From positions 33,456-97,455 of the IMG/VR virus record IMGVR_UViG_3300010373_000039: a stretch of 64,000 nucleotides of DNA; one strand, given 5' to 3'. The position numbers and the translations under genes were made by a program. This document shows positions 62,505 to 64,000 of the stretch, piece after piece. How positions within the stretch are numbered: position 1 is the stretch's first letter; each line of letters opens with the position of its first letter. The DNA is from a virus. The notes under the pieces were generated by a model. That model was given only the letters and a program-made list of their open reading frames with translations, searched no databases and was not told the DNA's origin.

Positions 62505-62888
62505 GTTTAGCACCATTACTAAACCATAGTCAAATGATGACCATGGTATCGGCGAATGTCAACACCAAAATGCATAAAATCTTCGAATTTATTTTTGGCG
62601 TTGATGATCGGCGTTGATGGTTGGCGTTGATAGCGCTAGCGCTTGGAAGCGCAGCGCTAGCGCCGCCGGCGCGCCGCCCGACACGCCGATTGAACCACCG
62701 CCCGCCCGGGCAATGGACAATGGCCCGATGCACAATCATGCATGGACCGGCACACCCGAAAAATCTTTTTCATGGCATGGCGATTGCTGGAAGCTTCGGC
62801 GATGAAAAAATTCCAAAATAATTAGAAGATTTTTGTTGCATCGGTCGATGGATTTATGGTAATCAACACACATCCGCAATGGTGCGGA

Positions 62889-63172
62889 CCAAACGATAGG
62901 ATGGAACCCATGATCGCAACGATTCAAAAAACGTCGGCCGATGGCCACGCAACCAACGGTTACACGGTAACGATTTCGGGCGATGGTGCCGAGACGATCC
63001 GCGATCTATTCGGCGACACCACATTGCCATTGCCCATTACCCACGCCGCGCCGATGCACCGGGCAATTGAAATGGTCCGGCGCATGCCGCTATTGATCGG
63101 CGCGGAAATCCGCACGGCCGAATAGGTCGAAGCATTTAGGGGGTAACGCCAAACGATAGGATGGAACCCATG
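62889..63172 (+). repeat. Exact 24-bp direct repeat CCAAACGATAGGATGGAACCCATG at 62889 and 63149
   Basis: Identical copies, each ending in a start codon. Confidence 0.85.
62910..63125 (+). CDS. Early hypothetical protein
   Basis: Repeat leader; LFG.TTLPLP motif. Confidence 0.6.
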   Translation: MIATIQKTSADGHATNGYTVTISGDGAETIRDLFGDTTLPLPITHAAPMHRAIEMVRRMPLLIGAEIRTAE

Positions 63173-63400
63173 CTAACGATTCACCACAACGGAAACACCT
63201 ACAACTACCATCGCGGCAAAATCACGCCGATCAACGAACGCACGGCCGCGCAAAACGAACGGTACGCGCTGTACGCGGGCATCGATTGCGCCCGCTACGT
63301 CGCCCCGGAATTGGACCCGGCGAACCCGGCTAATTGGCGCATGGCCGACGGCGATGCACCAATCGGCGCACGGTTCCAACCGGCCATGAAAAATAATTAG
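63170..63400 (+). CDS. Early hypothetical protein
   Basis: Repeat leader. Confidence 0.55.
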   Translation: MLTIHHNGNTYNYHRGKITPINERTAAQNERYALYAGIDCARYVAPELDPANPANWRMADGDAPIGARFQPAMKNN

Positions 63401-63445
63401 AAGGTTTTTGTTGACACGCCGATAGAAGATTGTCAAACTACATCC

Positions 63446-63628
63446 ATGGCAAACGCAATGAACCAATTAGCCAACTACATCCGCAACCACGGCAATCAAG
63501 CGCAAATCGTCAACGGAATGTTGATGGTTTTTGATAGTCAATGGGATACCGTGGCCAAGCGCGAATGCGGCAAATGGATCGTGGTAGCGCCGACATGGCG
63601 CGCGGTCCGCATTTGGCTAGGCTATTGA
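63446..63628 (+). CDS. Small phage protein ending VR.WLGY
   Basis: Recurrent phage C-terminal motif; preceded by a TTGACA promoter. Confidence 0.6.
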   Translation: MANAMNQLANYIRNHGNQAQIVNGMLMVFDSQWDTVAKRECGKWIVVAPTWRAVRIWLGY

Positions 63629-64000
63629 TCCAACACGATAGGTAACGATCCACCTATCGGCCGGCCGGGCGCAGCGCATCGAACGTAGGTGCGCTGGCCC
63701 GGTGCGGTTTACCGCCCATGCCACAATGGCCCGCGGCGCAACGGAACCGGCCCAAGGATCGACGATCGACGCCGCAACCATGCTAGGGTAGCCAAACGAC
63801 CGTCCAACGCCGCAAATCGAACGGAAATCACGCGATGCGAACGGGTGCAGAACGATGGAGGGGAGTCCCTATGGCCAGACCCACCCCGGCAAGAATCGGG
63901 CTCCCCACACATTCACACTTCTGTCTCAGGTTACCTCCTGAAGATTTATAAATCATCACACCCCCCCCCCCCCCCCCCCCCACAAAACCCCCCCCCCCCC

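Noticed and set aside
63895-64000. Terminal poly-C tract as a biological telomere or homopolymer
   Set aside because: An abrupt composition change and C-runs at the sequence end are most simply a low-quality read tail or library tailing artefact; raw reads are needed.

Overview
The window is a 64 kb section of a tailed dsDNA phage (siphovirus-type) genome of moderately high GC. All calls come from motif recognition by eye; no database search was run. 1-16781 (+): late morphogenesis block with an FN3 virion protein, neck/connector genes, tail tube, tail chaperone with a canonical -1 frameshift, tape measure, and an RcGTA-like Dit/hub/NlpC-P60/megatron tail tip. A cassette containing a GT71 (MNN2-like) mannosyltransferase interrupts the tail tip, and a dual-specificity phosphatase closes the block. 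16851-47778 (-): replication, recombination and modification block with SbcD, resolvase, RecA, SSB, UvsY-like protein, clamp loader, beta clamp, UDG-PolA fusion, primase, DnaB-like and SNF2 helicases, Top6A/Spo11-like TOPRIM protein, two DNA methyltransferases, a PLP enzyme, an Hc1-like protein and a very acidic protein. 47780-48600: non-coding and hairpin-rich. 48601-63628: mostly small early-type ORFs plus a + strand island carrying SbcC. Terminase, portal and capsid genes are not in the window. I saw no integrase, CRISPR array or canonical tRNA. A PVC/Planctomycetota host is a weak inference. The most striking unexplained signals are: (i) a shared Arg-rich terminal tag ([RK][PRK][RK]LxR) on about ten proteins, mostly DNA-metabolism enzymes, together with huge acidic or charge-block disordered proteins, suggesting a targeting or condensate system; (ii) strong depletion of the AG/CT dinucleotide in every core-gene sample counted; (iii) three multi-stem ncRNA candidates, one with a tRNA-like ACCA end; (iv) a glycosyltransferase inside the tail-tip operon; (v) two distinct repeated promoter/operator motifs.
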